64,000 nucleotides of DNA, taken from NCBI GenBank assembly GCA_963729895.1, contig CAVSQB010000008.1, forward strand, positions 1 through 64,000, written 5' to 3'. A program made the position numbers and the translations under genes. This document shows, piece by piece, positions 38,190-49,123 of the stretch (its first letter is position 1; the number at the start of each line of letters is the position of its first letter). The notes under the pieces are model-generated. The model was not told where the DNA came from. It made no database searches and saw nothing but the letters and a program-made list of their open reading frames with translations. The DNA is from an uncultured Fibrobacterota bacterium (GTDB lineage Bacteria; Fibrobacterota; Chitinivibrionia; Chitinivibrionales; FEN-1185).

Positions 38190-38771
38190 TCACCGTATCC
38201 TTCCGGGAACGGTGATTTTTTTTTCACGCATGCCTTCCAGGATCTTGCAGCCGATCACCGCGCACGACGTCGCAACGTTGAGCGAGTTCTTAAAGCCGTA
38301 CACCGGGATCTCCACCAGGTCATCGCACATATCAAGAACATCCCTTCCCACGCCCAGCGCCTCGTTTCCGAAGACGACTCCCAGGCTCGGCGGATAGCTC
38401 ACCGCATCGTAGGGCCTGGATTTTGAAGTTGTCTCGGCCGCCCAGACCGGAATGTTTTGTTCCTTGAGAAACCGCACGGCTTCCGCGGCCGTTTCGAACT
38501 TTTTCCACGGTACGTAGTCGACGGTGCCCAGCGACGTCTTGGCAAGCTTGCTGTGGGGTGGGAAAGCGGTGTAGCCGCACAAGAAAAGACCCGACACCCG
38601 CATCACGTCGCACAGCCTGAATATGGCCCCCACGTTGAAGGCGCTTCTCAGACTGTCAAGAATAACGTACAAAGGGTTCTTGGGAAGACGACGGTACTCT
38701 TCCAGCGGAATTTTTGCGTCAAGGCTGCGGACCTCGTAATTGGTCTCCATGTCTCCTTTGGTAACCCGCAT
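38190..38771 (-). CDS. SpoU/TrmH-family RNA methyltransferase
   Basis: NVGAIFR, VFGNEALGV, IP..G..NSLNVA. Confidence 0.9.
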   Translation of the reverse strand: MRVTKGDMETNYEVRSLDAKIPLEEYRRLPKNPLYVILDSLRSAFNVGAIFRLCDVMRVSGLFLCGYTAFPPHSKLAKTSLGTVDYVPWKKFETAAEAVRFLKEQNIPVWAAETTSKSRPYDAVSYPPSLGVVFGNEALGVGRDVLDMCDDLVEIPVYGFKNSLNVATSCAVIGCKILEGMREKKITVPGRIR

Positions 38772-40069
38772 CAGGCGCGCCCGCTCCTTCCCGCTTTGTG
38801 TGCGACAACAAACAGGATTCCGCCGGCCCCAAAGAGAACGGCAATCGAGGCGAATCCGGACCGTGACGCCGCATGCGCGCCCGCGCCGAACGTCCGGGAC
38901 AAAAGAGTCACCAGCCCCACCATAGCCGGCCCCACGATAACGGCGAATTTCCCCGTAAGGTTGTAGAAGCCGAAGTACTCTGCGGATTTCTCACCGGGAA
39001 TGAGGCGGGTAAAGTGGGACCGGCTCAGCGCGAGCAATCCGCCCAGCGGGACGGCCGAGACGACGGCAAAGAACATGAAGTGCGCCCCGCTGTTGACAAA
39101 CAGCGATCCGCAGAGAATCACGGCGATGTACATGACGATCCCGACGAGGATGGTTGCGTATGAACCGAACCGCTGCGCCGCAAGCCCGAACAGCAGCGAG
39201 GACGGAACGGCAACCAGCTGCACAACAAACAGAGCCCGCAGCAGGTCGGGCGTCGACAGCCCGATCGACAGGCCGAAATCGGCTGCCATGCGTATGACGG
39301 TGCTCACGCCGTCGATATACAGCCAGAAAGCAAGAAGGAACAACCACACGGCCGGGGCCGACCGGATTTCACGGATGGTTGCGCGAAGCTGTTTCACGGC
39401 GTTTTGGAAAATTTCCCCCGACCACGATCCGCCTTCGCTCTTGTCCCGGTCGGCGACGTACAGAAACAAAGGGATGGAAAACGCGAACCACCAGACAGCC
39501 ACGGAAACAAACGACGCCCGCACTCCCTGCACGCCGGAAGCAAGGTGAAACAGCGCGGGTTTTGATGCCATAAAGCTGTTTACCATAAAGAGAGCCGCGC
39601 TTCCAAGATACCCGGCGGCGTAACCGGCCGACGATACAAAGTCCATCCGGTTCCTGGCGGCAACGCACGCCAGCAGCGAATCGTAAAAAAGGTTTGCGCA
39701 GGAAAACCCGATGCTTGCCAGTGCAAAGACCCCGAGCGCGCCGGCCCATGCGCCATGAGGAATCGCGGCAAGCAGGCCCGAAGCTGTCGCTCCCGATGCC
39801 ATGAACAAGAACAGAATCTGCTTCCGTTTCCTGCCCGCATCGGCCAGGGCGCCCAGCCAGGGCGACAACAGGGCGATGCACAGCGCGGCGCAAGTGTTGC
39901 CCATGCCGAGACGAAACGTGCTCACCGACGAATCAACGCCCGTGCACCAGAACTGCTTGAAGAAGAGAGGGAAGAACGCGGTCATCACGGTGAGTGCAAA
40001 CGCGGAATTTGCAACGTCGTAGAGACACCAGGAGATGACGGCTTTACGGTTGGAAGGCGGCCCGCTCAC
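38771..40069 (-). CDS. MFS transporter (UMF1/BtlA-like)
   Basis: WCLYDVANSAF, EYFGFY..GK; GTG start overlapping the upstream TGA. Confidence 0.85.
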   Translation of the reverse strand: MSGPPSNRKAVISWCLYDVANSAFALTVMTAFFPLFFKQFWCTGVDSSVSTFRLGMGNTCAALCIALLSPWLGALADAGRKRKQILFLFMASGATASGLLAAIPHGAWAGALGVFALASIGFSCANLFYDSLLACVAARNRMDFVSSAGYAAGYLGSAALFMVNSFMASKPALFHLASGVQGVRASFVSVAVWWFAFSIPLFLYVADRDKSEGGSWSGEIFQNAVKQLRATIREIRSAPAVWLFLLAFWLYIDGVSTVIRMAADFGLSIGLSTPDLLRALFVVQLVAVPSSLLFGLAAQRFGSYATILVGIVMYIAVILCGSLFVNSGAHFMFFAVVSAVPLGGLLALSRSHFTRLIPGEKSAEYFGFYNLTGKFAVIVGPAMVGLVTLLSRTFGAGAHAASRSGFASIAVLFGAGGILFVVAHKAGRSGRA

Positions 40070-41337
40070 GTCTTCTTCTCTTTCTTTTCGGCGGCGGGAA
40101 ACAGAACGTTGTTGAGAATGAGCCTGTATCCGGGCGATGTCTTGTGGAGCCGCAGGTCGGTGGGCGGGTCGCCCACCGCATGCTGGTAGGCTTCCGGGTC
40201 GTGGCCGCCGTAGAATGCGAACTGGCCTTTCCCCAGGGTGCCGTGGAGATAATTGACAAAGCCGGTGCCGGGCACGCTTCCCAGGACCACAATGCTTTTC
40301 TTTATTACGTTCCGGTTGAACGAGGTGCACAATCCGTAAAACCCTTTGATGGTCTGCCGGTGGTCCTGCACGAGCATGGAAGGGACCGGATCGAGTTTTG
40401 CGCTGAAATCAAACAGGGTGAAGTCCATGGCAGGGAGCCGCATAGGCGTGTTCACCAGGTTCGCGTCGATATTGTCAAAATAGGACTCCAGCGGGTTTGT
40501 CTGGATCCTGAAGTTCTCAAAGGCAAGGCAATTTGCGTAGTTTAGTTTTGCGGCATAGTTCGGGTCAATACCGTCGCCGTCGAACACGGCATCAACGATG
40601 TCGGTGCCGAGCGCGGCGAGCGCTATGTCGAGCGTGTTGGTGGCGCAGCACATGGCAAACAGGAACCCGCCCTTTTCCACGTAATTTCGGATGGAAAGCG
40701 CCACGGCCTTTTTGCATTCGCTCACTTTCTTGAACCCGAGCTCGCGCGCAAGATTCTCCTGTTCCATCTTTTCCTTCTGATACCACGGCTCGGTGTGAAA
40801 CGACGCGTAAAACTTGCTGTACTGCCCGGTAAAGTCCTCATGGTGCAGGTGGAGCCAGTCGTATTCCGCAAGCTTGCCCGCCAGCACTTCTTTGTCGTAC
40901 ACCTTGTCGAACGGGATGTCCGCGTATTCAAGCGCGAGTACCACCGCGTCGTCCCAGGGCAGCGAAAAGGGCGACTTGTACACGGCGATGCGGGGCGCTT
41001 TTTCCAGCGTCACCTTCTCCATGTTGCCGTTCTCAATAACGTCAAGGATGCCCGCCCACTCCTCGGTGGAAATATGCTGGATTTCAACACCCGCCAACCG
41101 CGCCTTGAGCTCGAATTCACGCGAATCGTCGGTTGCAAACGAACCGCATTTGTAATTGAGCAGCCAGTACACCTTGGCGCCGGCCTTGAGCATGGTAAAA
41201 GTGAGTCCATAGGCCTTGAGGTGGTCGGTCTGGGAATCATCCATGGGAATCAGAAGCATGGAATGCGAATAGAACGCAAGAAGAAGAACAATGAGGAAGG
41301 ATATCATTCCCTTCCTGAATGTGTGAATACGTTTCAT
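40066..41337 (-). CDS. Conserved exported protein with a glutamine-amidotransferase-like segment (often auto-annotated 'asparagine synthetase B')
   Basis: LLIPMD..Q.DHLKAYG, DWLHLHHEDFTGQ, GHDPE, SPGYRLILNNVLFPAA. Confidence 0.75.
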   Translation of the reverse strand: MKRIHTFRKGMISFLIVLLLAFYSHSMLLIPMDDSQTDHLKAYGLTFTMLKAGAKVYWLLNYKCGSFATDDSREFELKARLAGVEIQHISTEEWAGILDVIENGNMEKVTLEKAPRIAVYKSPFSLPWDDAVVLALEYADIPFDKVYDKEVLAGKLAEYDWLHLHHEDFTGQYSKFYASFHTEPWYQKEKMEQENLARELGFKKVSECKKAVALSIRNYVEKGGFLFAMCCATNTLDIALAALGTDIVDAVFDGDGIDPNYAAKLNYANCLAFENFRIQTNPLESYFDNIDANLVNTPMRLPAMDFTLFDFSAKLDPVPSMLVQDHRQTIKGFYGLCTSFNRNVIKKSIVVLGSVPGTGFVNYLHGTLGKGQFAFYGGHDPEAYQHAVGDPPTDLRLHKTSPGYRLILNNVLFPAAEKKEKKT

Positions 41338-41564
41338 GTGGCTACGAATAGGTGCAGATGACACGGCACGGATTTCAGTTTTTGGAGTATTGCAAAAGAT
41401 CATTTAACAAATAACAACCAACAAGCCTTAACAAAAATACTATTTAACGAGACGGATGGATTGAAGTGATTGAAATGGCTCAGCACGCATTGAAGAACCC
41501 CGCCCCAAGTAGCGGGGATTCTTCCTTGCCCTAGGAAAAAAATATTTGTAATTCGCCCGCTAAC

Positions 41565-43391
41565 GAGCCTGTAGAAAAACCCTGTTTTCAATAAAATCGG
41601 ATTTCCCTTGTTCTCTGTCAAGTCAATTCGCGCTTTGTGCGGAAAGGTAAGAATGCAGGTTCAGAATTGTGGGGCGAGTGGCGTTTTTAGGTGAATCTGA
41701 GGCCTTGTGCGCCCTATAGTGAGGGACAAGCCGGCCCCCGGGCTCTTGCTAATGCCCATAGGAAGGCCCGAACCGGTAAATCTTGAAAATGTTGTGCACC
41801 ATCGAGTACAGCTTCCATTGCGTATCGGCCTTTGTCCTGGTGCGCACGGTAATCCTATCGAGGCCGAGCGTCCGGCAGATGTTGGCGAACACCGGTTCCA
41901 CCGTGCCCATTCGCCTGCTGTATATGTACCTGCCGAAGGCGGAGTCGAATTTCTCGATCATCCGTTTGGTATAGGCCCCCGTTGATCGTGGGCCGGATTG
42001 ATCGAACTTCACCACCTGTCTGCGCTCCGTATGGTCAAGCCGCAAACATTTCTTCCGAATTTCACATGCAAGGCAGTCGGCTTTTCTCCCGGCATAGGCG
42101 ATCCCGTGTTCGCCACGCGTCCCGACATAGTTCTTGTTCAACACGTAAAGCTTGTTGCCTGCAGGGCAGGTAAGCGTGCCGTCGGATTCATTCAGGATAA
42201 AATCACTTGGGGTAAAGTAGTGCTTTGACCGTACCGGCGTCTTGTTGCGGTCAATCGGATTTTTGTGCCGGTCCGCATCCGCAAACTGCGGGTCGCGCTT
42301 GCGGAATTTATTGTCCGCAACGTACCCGTCCACTCCTTCTTCCGCAAGCATCTGCATGTTCGCTTCGCTATGAAAACCGCTGTCCGCAGTCACTTTCGCC
42401 TGAGTAAAAATGTCGGGCTCGCCTATGGCCTCAAAGTTCTCCCGCACACCGTCGATCATCGGCTTCAAAAGCGCGTTGTCCGTCCCCTCGCTGAATGCCT
42501 CGGCATGAACGATCACCTGGCGCTTTTCATCAACCGCCGCGGCGCCGTTGTAGCCCTGGATCACGCCGTGTGAGCTCGGCATCTTCGCGCTCTCGTTGTC
42601 CGTGATGTTGCTCTTCTTCGCCTGTCCCTTAGCCCCGCGCTTATCCTCGTTTTTCCGCATCCAACGGTTGATCTTGCGCACCTTCGAACGAAGGTGGTTG
42701 ATCGCCTTCCGTTCCTTCTTCCGTATGTCCTCGCCAAGTTCACGCTCATCGCACTCGCGGTGCTTGCGCAAAAGAAAACGAACCTGGTACTCTATCTTCT
42801 TCTTCCGCTTCTCGAAATCCTCGAGTGTGCCGCTCCACTCCTTGGCGCAGTTCGAAGACATCTTGCAGCCATCGATCGCAAACATTTGCCGGCTGATCAA
42901 TCCCTCCTCCGCGCAATACAACAGGATGTCTCGGAACAGCGGCGTGATCTCCACATGCATCGACGAAATAAAATGTGCAATCGTCGTAAAATGCGGCTTC
43001 GTATCGGCCGAGAGTGCCATGAACATCACGTTCTCCTCGCAGCAGCGCGCTATGTCCCGGCTGTGCATGATGCCCCGGGAATACGCGTAGAGAACAATCT
43101 TCAGCATCACGCGCGGGTCGTACGCGGGCGCACCGGTCTCGTCGTTGGTAAACCGGCCCTCGAAAACAGAAAGGTCCAGCACATTATCCACGATCTCGCT
43201 CAACGCGAACTCGAAACTGCCCGGAATGATCTGCTCGCGAAACGTGATGGGGATAAGCTTGCCTTGTTCGTAGGAATACTCTTTGTAGCGGGCCATCGGC
43301 CTTCCTTCCTGCTGAGTTTACAAATAATATAAGGAAAAAAGACCGGAATTTCAGGTAAAAGTGGCGGGAAAGGGACTTTTTCTACAGGCTC
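41565..43391 (-). mobile_element. Complete IS1182-family element, 1827 bp, AAC (=GTT) target duplication
   Basis: TIRs at both ends; TAAC|IS|AAC; inserted in the hairpin aaccccgcg..cgcggggatt. Confidence 0.93.
41749..43296 (-). CDS. IS1182-family transposase
   Basis: Identical protein to 165-1712. Confidence 0.92.
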   Translation of the reverse strand: MARYKEYSYEQGKLIPITFREQIIPGSFEFALSEIVDNVLDLSVFEGRFTNDETGAPAYDPRVMLKIVLYAYSRGIMHSRDIARCCEENVMFMALSADTKPHFTTIAHFISSMHVEITPLFRDILLYCAEEGLISRQMFAIDGCKMSSNCAKEWSGTLEDFEKRKKKIEYQVRFLLRKHRECDERELGEDIRKKERKAINHLRSKVRKINRWMRKNEDKRGAKGQAKKSNITDNESAKMPSSHGVIQGYNGAAAVDEKRQVIVHAEAFSEGTDNALLKPMIDGVRENFEAIGEPDIFTQAKVTADSGFHSEANMQMLAEEGVDGYVADNKFRKRDPQFADADRHKNPIDRNKTPVRSKHYFTPSDFILNESDGTLTCPAGNKLYVLNKNYVGTRGEHGIAYAGRKADCLACEIRKKCLRLDHTERRQVVKFDQSGPRSTGAYTKRMIEKFDSAFGRYIYSRRMGTVEPVFANICRTLGLDRITVRTRTKADTQWKLYSMVHNIFKIYRFGPSYGH

Positions 43392-43614
43392 AACCCCGCG
43401 CTAAGCCGCGGGGATTGCGCGGGCTAATGCATTCATTTCATCATCGACGGTACGCTGCAGGGAAACATGTTCGGACAAGAACAGCGACGTATATTATAAA
43501 TATGAAACCGCAAAGTAATGAAAGATCAAGGTGTACAGTGATGGTATTCACCTGACAGTCGCCCCTGTTAGGGGTTTTGAATCAATGCTACCTCCTCACA
43601 TCACAACTGCCGCC

Positions 43615-44030
43615 TCAAGGGTGCGCGCAACAATATGTAAATGCAATTCAATTGCCATTGGATGGCTGAGCCGGAAATATGAATCATAAAATGCTTTTGG
43701 ATAGCAATGCCGGGTGACCCCATAGGTGGAGTTGCGGCGAGAATCCAATCCTCGGCTGTGGGGCACCCACGAGGTGCCGCTGAACAGGGGAAGTCTTTTA
43801 TGTATTATCTCATAGAAGAAGTTGACAATTGTGGAATTGCTCTACTGCCATGCGCCAGGGCGGACGGCAGAGTGCGCTGGAGCGCAGGGCTGCCTGATCC
43901 CTAGCCGAAGGCGGTGGGGACAGGCAGCACCGAGGCCTTGGCCGAGCTCGTACGGAGGCCAGCCGTCCCGGTGGGGACGGGGCGCCCAATTTCTTATTTT
44001 GATATTCGCTGCACCCCGCGAAGCTCCCAA
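43615..44030 (+). repeat. Modular repeat copy R6
   Basis: Collinear with 7645-8012. Confidence 0.85.
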
Positions 44031-44106
44031 AAACATTTTTATTTCTCCATGCATGAATTGAAAAGATTTTTCGCGTCACTACCATATCACCGGAGGAAAT
44101 TGCAGT

Positions 44107-44550
44107 ATGAAACATTCAATTCTGCCCGGTAAGAAGACTCATGGAAATCCCGTGTTTGTCTTTCATGAGTACCGCAAATTGCCTTATCCGCAGAAATCAA
44201 TCATTACCGCTGCCGCCCGTATTTATAGAACGGAAAAGCTGCCCTTTTCAAAGAAGACGCATGTCATTGTGTGCTCCGACCGCGCGATACGAAGGCTTAA
44301 TGCCATGTTCCGCAACAAAGACCGGCCCACGGACGTGCTTTCGTTCAATTACGATGAAAATGACCTGCTCGGAGAAATTTACATCTCCTTGCAGAGGGCC
44401 AAAGTACAGGCACGGGAGTATAAGGTTACCTATAACAACGAGGTGCTGAGGTTGTTTGTGCACGGGATGTTTCACCTGCTCGGCTTTGATCACGAGACAA
44501 AGAAGGACAAAGAGCGGATGCAGGAGAAAGAACTGAGATACGTTCATTGA
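44107..44550 (+). CDS. ybeY: rRNA maturation endoribonuclease
   Basis: PTDVLSF, LGEIYIS, HGMFHLLGFDH. Confidence 0.93.
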   Translation: MKHSILPGKKTHGNPVFVFHEYRKLPYPQKSIITAAARIYRTEKLPFSKKTHVIVCSDRAIRRLNAMFRNKDRPTDVLSFNYDENDLLGEIYISLQRAKVQAREYKVTYNNEVLRLFVHGMFHLLGFDHETKKDKERMQEKELRYVH

Positions 44551-44701
44551 TTTTTGACAAATGGCCGCGCGGGATGCGGTCGCCCGGCACACCCGCCGCC
44601 GACAGGCGCGGCATTGCCTGCCTTCCCTCACACAAAGTATATTTTGAGTTCTTTTTCCGCGGCGCCCGGTTTATCATCGGTAAATGTAAGGAGCATCTCC
44701 C

Positions 44702-45493
44702 GTGAACATTGTCGTCTGCGTTAAACAGGTGCCGGGCACCACCCAGGTTAAAATCAACCCGGACACCGGCACGCTCATTCGCGACGGCGTTGAGGCCGTG
44801 GTGAACCCGTTCGACGAATACGCCGTCGAAGAGGCGCTTCGCATCAGGGAGCGGCTCGGCGGCGGTACGGTCAAGGCGATATCCATGGGCCCGCCCGGCG
44901 CGGAAGAAGCGCTCAGGAGCGTTATCGCCCTCGGCGCGGATGAAGCATACCTGGTCACCGACAGGGCTTTTGCCGGATCGGACACCTGGGCAACGTCCTA
45001 CACGTTGTCGCTCGGCATCAGATACCTTGGCAGGACCGACCTCATCATTTGCGGCAAGCAGGCGATCGACGGCGACACCGCCCAGGTCGGGCCGGGAGTG
45101 GCGGAAATGCTCGGCATTCCGTTTGTGGCATGGGTGCGGAAAGTGGAGGAAGTTTCAGAGACGCACATCCGCGTCGAGCGCATGATGGAGGAGGGCTACG
45201 AGGTGGTGGAGATGCCGCTCCCGGGGCTCATGACGGTTGTCAAGGAGATCAATGTACCGCGCATGGCGTCGCTCAAGGGCAAGATGCGCGCAAAGAAGAC
45301 AGCTGTCACCGTGCTCACCGCCGACATGCTCAAGGCCGACAAGGAAAAAATCGGGCTCACCGGCAGCCCCACACAGGTGCTTCGGTCGTTTGTGCCGCAG
45401 CGCAAGACCGGCGGCGAGAAGATAAGCGGCGATACGGCGGACATGGTCAACAAGCTGAAATCAACCATTCTCGATCTGGGCGTGGTCCGGTAA
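44702..45493 (+). CDS. etfB: Electron transfer flavoprotein beta subunit
   Basis: CVKQVP, GSDTWATS, DGDTAQVGP. Confidence 0.95.
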   Translation: MNIVVCVKQVPGTTQVKINPDTGTLIRDGVEAVVNPFDEYAVEEALRIRERLGGGTVKAISMGPPGAEEALRSVIALGADEAYLVTDRAFAGSDTWATSYTLSLGIRYLGRTDLIICGKQAIDGDTAQVGPGVAEMLGIPFVAWVRKVEEVSETHIRVERMMEEGYEVVEMPLPGLMTVVKEINVPRMASLKGKMRAKKTAVTVLTADMLKADKEKIGLTGSPTQVLRSFVPQRKTGGEKISGDTADMVNKLKSTILDLGVVR

Positions 45494-45507
45494 GGAAACA
45501 GCAACAA

Positions 45508-46710
45508 ATGGGAATAAAAGTTGATCTGGAAAAATGCATCGGCTGTTCGTTGTGCGTGCGCGCCTGCAGCCAGAACGCCATTGCAATTACCGATAAGAAG
45601 GCGGTGATCGACCCGGAGAAATGCACGCTGTGCGCGGCCTGCGTGGAGGCGTGCAAGAAATACCAGGCGATTACCATTACCAAAGACGCATCGTCACGGG
45701 CTGCGGAAATCGGTTTGTACAAAAACGTGGCGGTATTCATAGAACAACGCGAAGGCGTTGTTGCGGGCGTGTCCTACGAGATGCTCGGCGAAGGCAGGAA
45801 ACTCGCGGACCGGCTCGGAGAGAAGCTGGTGGCGGTATTGCTCGGAAACGGGATGCAGGCAACGGCAGATGAGCTTGTCAAGTACGGCGCGGACCGGGTC
45901 GTGTATTATAATGCCGGGGAGCTCGAAAACTTCCAGGACGATTCATACGGCCGGCTCATGGCCGAGTTTGTTGATAAAGAGAAACCGGGCATCGTGCTCG
46001 CCGGCGCAACCGCCATCGGCCGATCGTTTATCCCCAAGGTCGCGGCCCGCGTGTGGGGCGGCCTCACCGCAGACTGCACCAGGCTCGAAGTGGATGTGGA
46101 AAAGCGCCTGCTTCTCGGAACCCGCCCGGCGTTCGGCGGCAACCTCATGGCGACCATCATCTGCCCGCACCACAGGCCCCAGATGGCGACCGTGCGGCAC
46201 AAGGTGATGAAGCCGGCCGCTCGAAACGAAAACCGGACCGGCGAAGTGGTGGTGATAAACGCGGAGGACTCACAGCTTGCGATACGCACCAAAATCACAA
46301 ACGTCGTGAAGGAAGCCGGCTCCACGGTCAATATCACCGAGGCGGACATCATTGTTGCCGGCGGCCGCGGCATGCAGAAACCTGAAAACATGTCTTTGCT
46401 CAAAGACCTTGCCGAGGCGCTCGGCGGAGCGGTGGGCGCAAGCCGCGCCGCGGTTGATGCCGGCTGGATCCCCTATTCGCATCAAGTCGGACAAACGGGC
46501 AAGACCGTGTGTCCCAAGCTGTATGTTGCCTGCGGCATATCCGGGTCCGTTCAGCACATGGCGGGAATGCAGTCGTCCGAATTCATCATCGCCGTCAACA
46601 AAGACCCGGATGCCGACATTTTTCAGATTGCCAATCTCGGGATTGTGGGCGACGCCCTGGAAATCCTTCCGGCCTTGACAAAGGCGTTCAAGGAGCAGCT
46701 TGGAAAGTAA
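45508..46710 (+). CDS. etfA: ETF alpha subunit with N-terminal 2x[4Fe-4S] ferredoxin domain
   Basis: [42 protein letters not shown]. Confidence 0.94.
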   Translation: MGIKVDLEKCIGCSLCVRACSQNAIAITDKKAVIDPEKCTLCAACVEACKKYQAITITKDASSRAAEIGLYKNVAVFIEQREGVVAGVSYEMLGEGRKLADRLGEKLVAVLLGNGMQATADELVKYGADRVVYYNAGELENFQDDSYGRLMAEFVDKEKPGIVLAGATAIGRSFIPKVAARVWGGLTADCTRLEVDVEKRLLLGTRPAFGGNLMATIICPHHRPQMATVRHKVMKPAARNENRTGEVVVINAEDSQLAIRTKITNVVKEAGSTVNITEADIIVAGGRGMQKPENMSLLKDLAEALGGAVGASRAAVDAGWIPYSHQVGQTGKTVCPKLYVACGISGSVQHMAGMQSSEFIIAVNKDPDADIFQIANLGIVGDALEILPALTKAFKEQLGK

Positions 46711-46823
46711 ATTCCAGTCTATGCGCGTATGCGTACAAGCGCATATGCGGGAAATGCAAGTTCACCTGCGTTAGCGCATGTGCGCATACACGCTTTCACG
46801 CATTCACCTTTGAGGATTCTATT

Positions 46824-47693
46824 ATGAAACTCACCCTCGGCCTGCCCAAAGGAAGTTTGCAGAAACCGACCATAGAACTGTTCCAGAAGGCGGACATTCA
46901 CATCCGCACCGACGAGCGGTCGTACTTCCCCACGTCCGACGATCCCGACCTCGACCTTATTCTCATGCGGCCGCAGGAGATTCCACGCTACGTGGAACAG
47001 GGCATTCTCGACGCGGGCATAACCGGGCTCGACTGGACAATTGAGAACAACGCCGCAGTGGTCCGCGTGTGCGAGCTGGAGTATTCAAAGGTGTCGCGCC
47101 AGCGGTGCAAGTGGGTCCTGGCGGTGTCGGAAGGTTCTCCGTTCAAGAAACCGTCCGACCTGAAGGGAAAACGGATCGCAACCGAACTCGTGTCGACCAC
47201 AAAGCGCTATTTTCGAAACAAGAAGATCCCCGTGGACGTCGAATTCTCCTGGGGCGCCACCGAGGTGAAGCCGCCGCGTCTCGTGGATGCGATTGTCGAC
47301 ATTACGGAAACCGGCTCGTCGCTCAGGACCAACCGGCTCCGGGTCATCGACGTCCTCATGGAAACCATGACCATCCTCATTGCGAACAAGGCTTCCTGGG
47401 AAAACGAGGCAAAGCGCCGCAAACTTGAGAATATCACCATCCTTCTGCAAGGCACGCTCAACGCCGAGAACTATGCCGGGCTCAAGTGCAACGTGCGCAA
47501 GGACAGTCTTGCCCGGGTCCTCAAGGTTCTTCCCGCCCTCCACAACCCTACGGTTTCGAACCTTTCCGATCAAAAATGGTGTGCGGTGGAAACCGTGATC
47601 CGGGTGGATGAAATTAAGAAGATCATTCCCCTGCTCAAAAGGGCAGGAGCCACGGGAATCGTGGAGTATCCGGTGAACAAAGTGATTCCCTAG
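46824..47693 (+). CDS. hisG: ATP phosphoribosyltransferase (long form)
   Basis: [27 protein letters not shown]-terminal regulatory domain. Confidence 0.95.
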   Translation: MKLTLGLPKGSLQKPTIELFQKADIHIRTDERSYFPTSDDPDLDLILMRPQEIPRYVEQGILDAGITGLDWTIENNAAVVRVCELEYSKVSRQRCKWVLAVSEGSPFKKPSDLKGKRIATELVSTTKRYFRNKKIPVDVEFSWGATEVKPPRLVDAIVDITETGSSLRTNRLRVIDVLMETMTILIANKASWENEAKRRKLENITILLQGTLNAENYAGLKCNVRKDSLARVLKVLPALHNPTVSNLSDQKWCAVETVIRVDEIKKIIPLLKRAGATGIVEYPVNKVIP

Positions 47694-47744
47694 AAACCAA
47701 CCGCGCCTTAGCCGGCGGGAAAGGCGTTTGTCCGGAGGATCGCC

Positions 47745-48446
47745 TTATGCAAAAAGAAAGCTCTTCGATTTCACCGATTCCGCTTTCGCCGCCGGTTCGT
47801 TCACAAACGCATTGAACGGAACCATTGTCTTGAAAACCGCGGTGCACAGCCGCACAAAACCGCCGGAAAGAACGTCCTTATCGCCGAGCGCATGACGGAC
47901 CATCAGGTATTTGTACTTGAGGTATTCGCCCATAGGATCTTGCTTGTCGAAACCGTGCGGGACTCTGGCGAGTTTTTCCCCTTCCAGGACCAGCGTTTCC
48001 TTGAAATCTGCGGCGTTGATTATTTTCAGAAACTCCTTTCCTTTGTCGCTGATTTCCTCGCGCAGAGCAGCCATTTGTCGCGGTTCCATCAGGTGAACGC
48101 CTCCTGCAAGGAAACTCGATCCGGGTTCCAGGTGCACGTAATACCCGGCAAGCCCGCAGTTTTTCCTCCTGCCTTTTAACGTGGCGGCAAAATGCGTTTT
48201 GTATGGCGACTTGTCCCTGGAAAAACGCACGTCCCGGTAAATGCGGAACACGGTGCTTTCCGCTTCAAGTCCTGCAACGGATTCATCAAACTCGGAAACT
48301 TCGTCAATGAGCGCCTGCACAATGAAGATGAAATTTTCTCTTGCAGAAGTGTATTTCTCCTTGTTTGCGTTAAACCATCCGCGGTCGTTGTGCAGCTTCA
48401 ACTTTCTGAGGAACTCAAGGGTTTCATTTGTTACACGTGCCACCAT
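47745..48446 (-). CDS. DUF2461-family protein
   Basis: HNDRGWF, FRIYRDVRFSRDKSPYKTH. Confidence 0.88.
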   Translation of the reverse strand: MVARVTNETLEFLRKLKLHNDRGWFNANKEKYTSARENFIFIVQALIDEVSEFDESVAGLEAESTVFRIYRDVRFSRDKSPYKTHFAATLKGRRKNCGLAGYYVHLEPGSSFLAGGVHLMEPRQMAALREEISDKGKEFLKIINAADFKETLVLEGEKLARVPHGFDKQDPMGEYLKYKYLMVRHALGDKDVLSGGFVRLCTAVFKTMVPFNAFVNEPAAKAESVKSKSFLFA

Positions 48447-48729
48447 GGTGAACCTCCTTTGACGTTTGAACTCCCGGAAGTCGGTGGGAACATCTCATCC
48501 CGCGACCCGGCCTTCCGCCCTGCACAGAATGCAACTCTTGTGCCATTAAATCGGCCGACCGTGTTCCCGGCACAGTGCCCGGCCGTTTGGAATGATTTCG
48601 TCCCGCGGCAATCAAGACATCATCGTAATCCGTCAAGGGCTGCCGGGCCCATGACGTCGGTTCTTTACTCGTTCATTGGCACCACGTATATTACATGAAG
48701 ATATTGTCATATATTCATGGAGTTCTCAA

Positions 48730-49068
48730 ATGGCCGGGAAGGAACTGGTGTTCAAGGTTAAGGCCGACCTTCTCAAGAGCCTTGCCCATCCATCGAGACT
48801 GGCCATCCTGGAATACCTCAAGAACAAAGAGGGATCCGTCGGGGAAATGGCTTCGAAGCTGGAGCTTGAACAATCATGTCTTTCCAAGCACCTGTCCGTG
48901 CTCAAGCAGGCGGGCGTTCTTTCTTCACGGCAGGAAAAGGTTACGGTCTACTATTCGGTGCGGGACAAAGACATCTTCGTTGTCTTGCGGACGATCTCTC
49001 AAATTCTCATGAAAAGGTTCCGCGAAGGCAAGCATGTGCTCCAGCACCTTGCACAAAAGAGGGTATAG
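48730..49068 (+). CDS. ArsR/SmtB-family transcriptional regulator
   Basis: LKSLAHPSRLAIL, SKHLSVLKQAG, VYY. Confidence 0.9.
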   Translation: MAGKELVFKVKADLLKSLAHPSRLAILEYLKNKEGSVGEMASKLELEQSCLSKHLSVLKQAGVLSSRQEKVTVYYSVRDKDIFVVLRTISQILMKRFREGKHVLQHLAQKRV

Positions 49069-49123
49069 CCGAACGCATAGGCCCGGTTGTGCGTTCGTAC
49101 CATTGAAAGGATCCGGCTCCATC

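Noticed and set aside
46720..46800. Alternating purine-pyrimidine palindromic stretch before hisG as a His attenuator
   Set aside because: No His-rich leader peptide or U-tract; unexplained but too weak to call.
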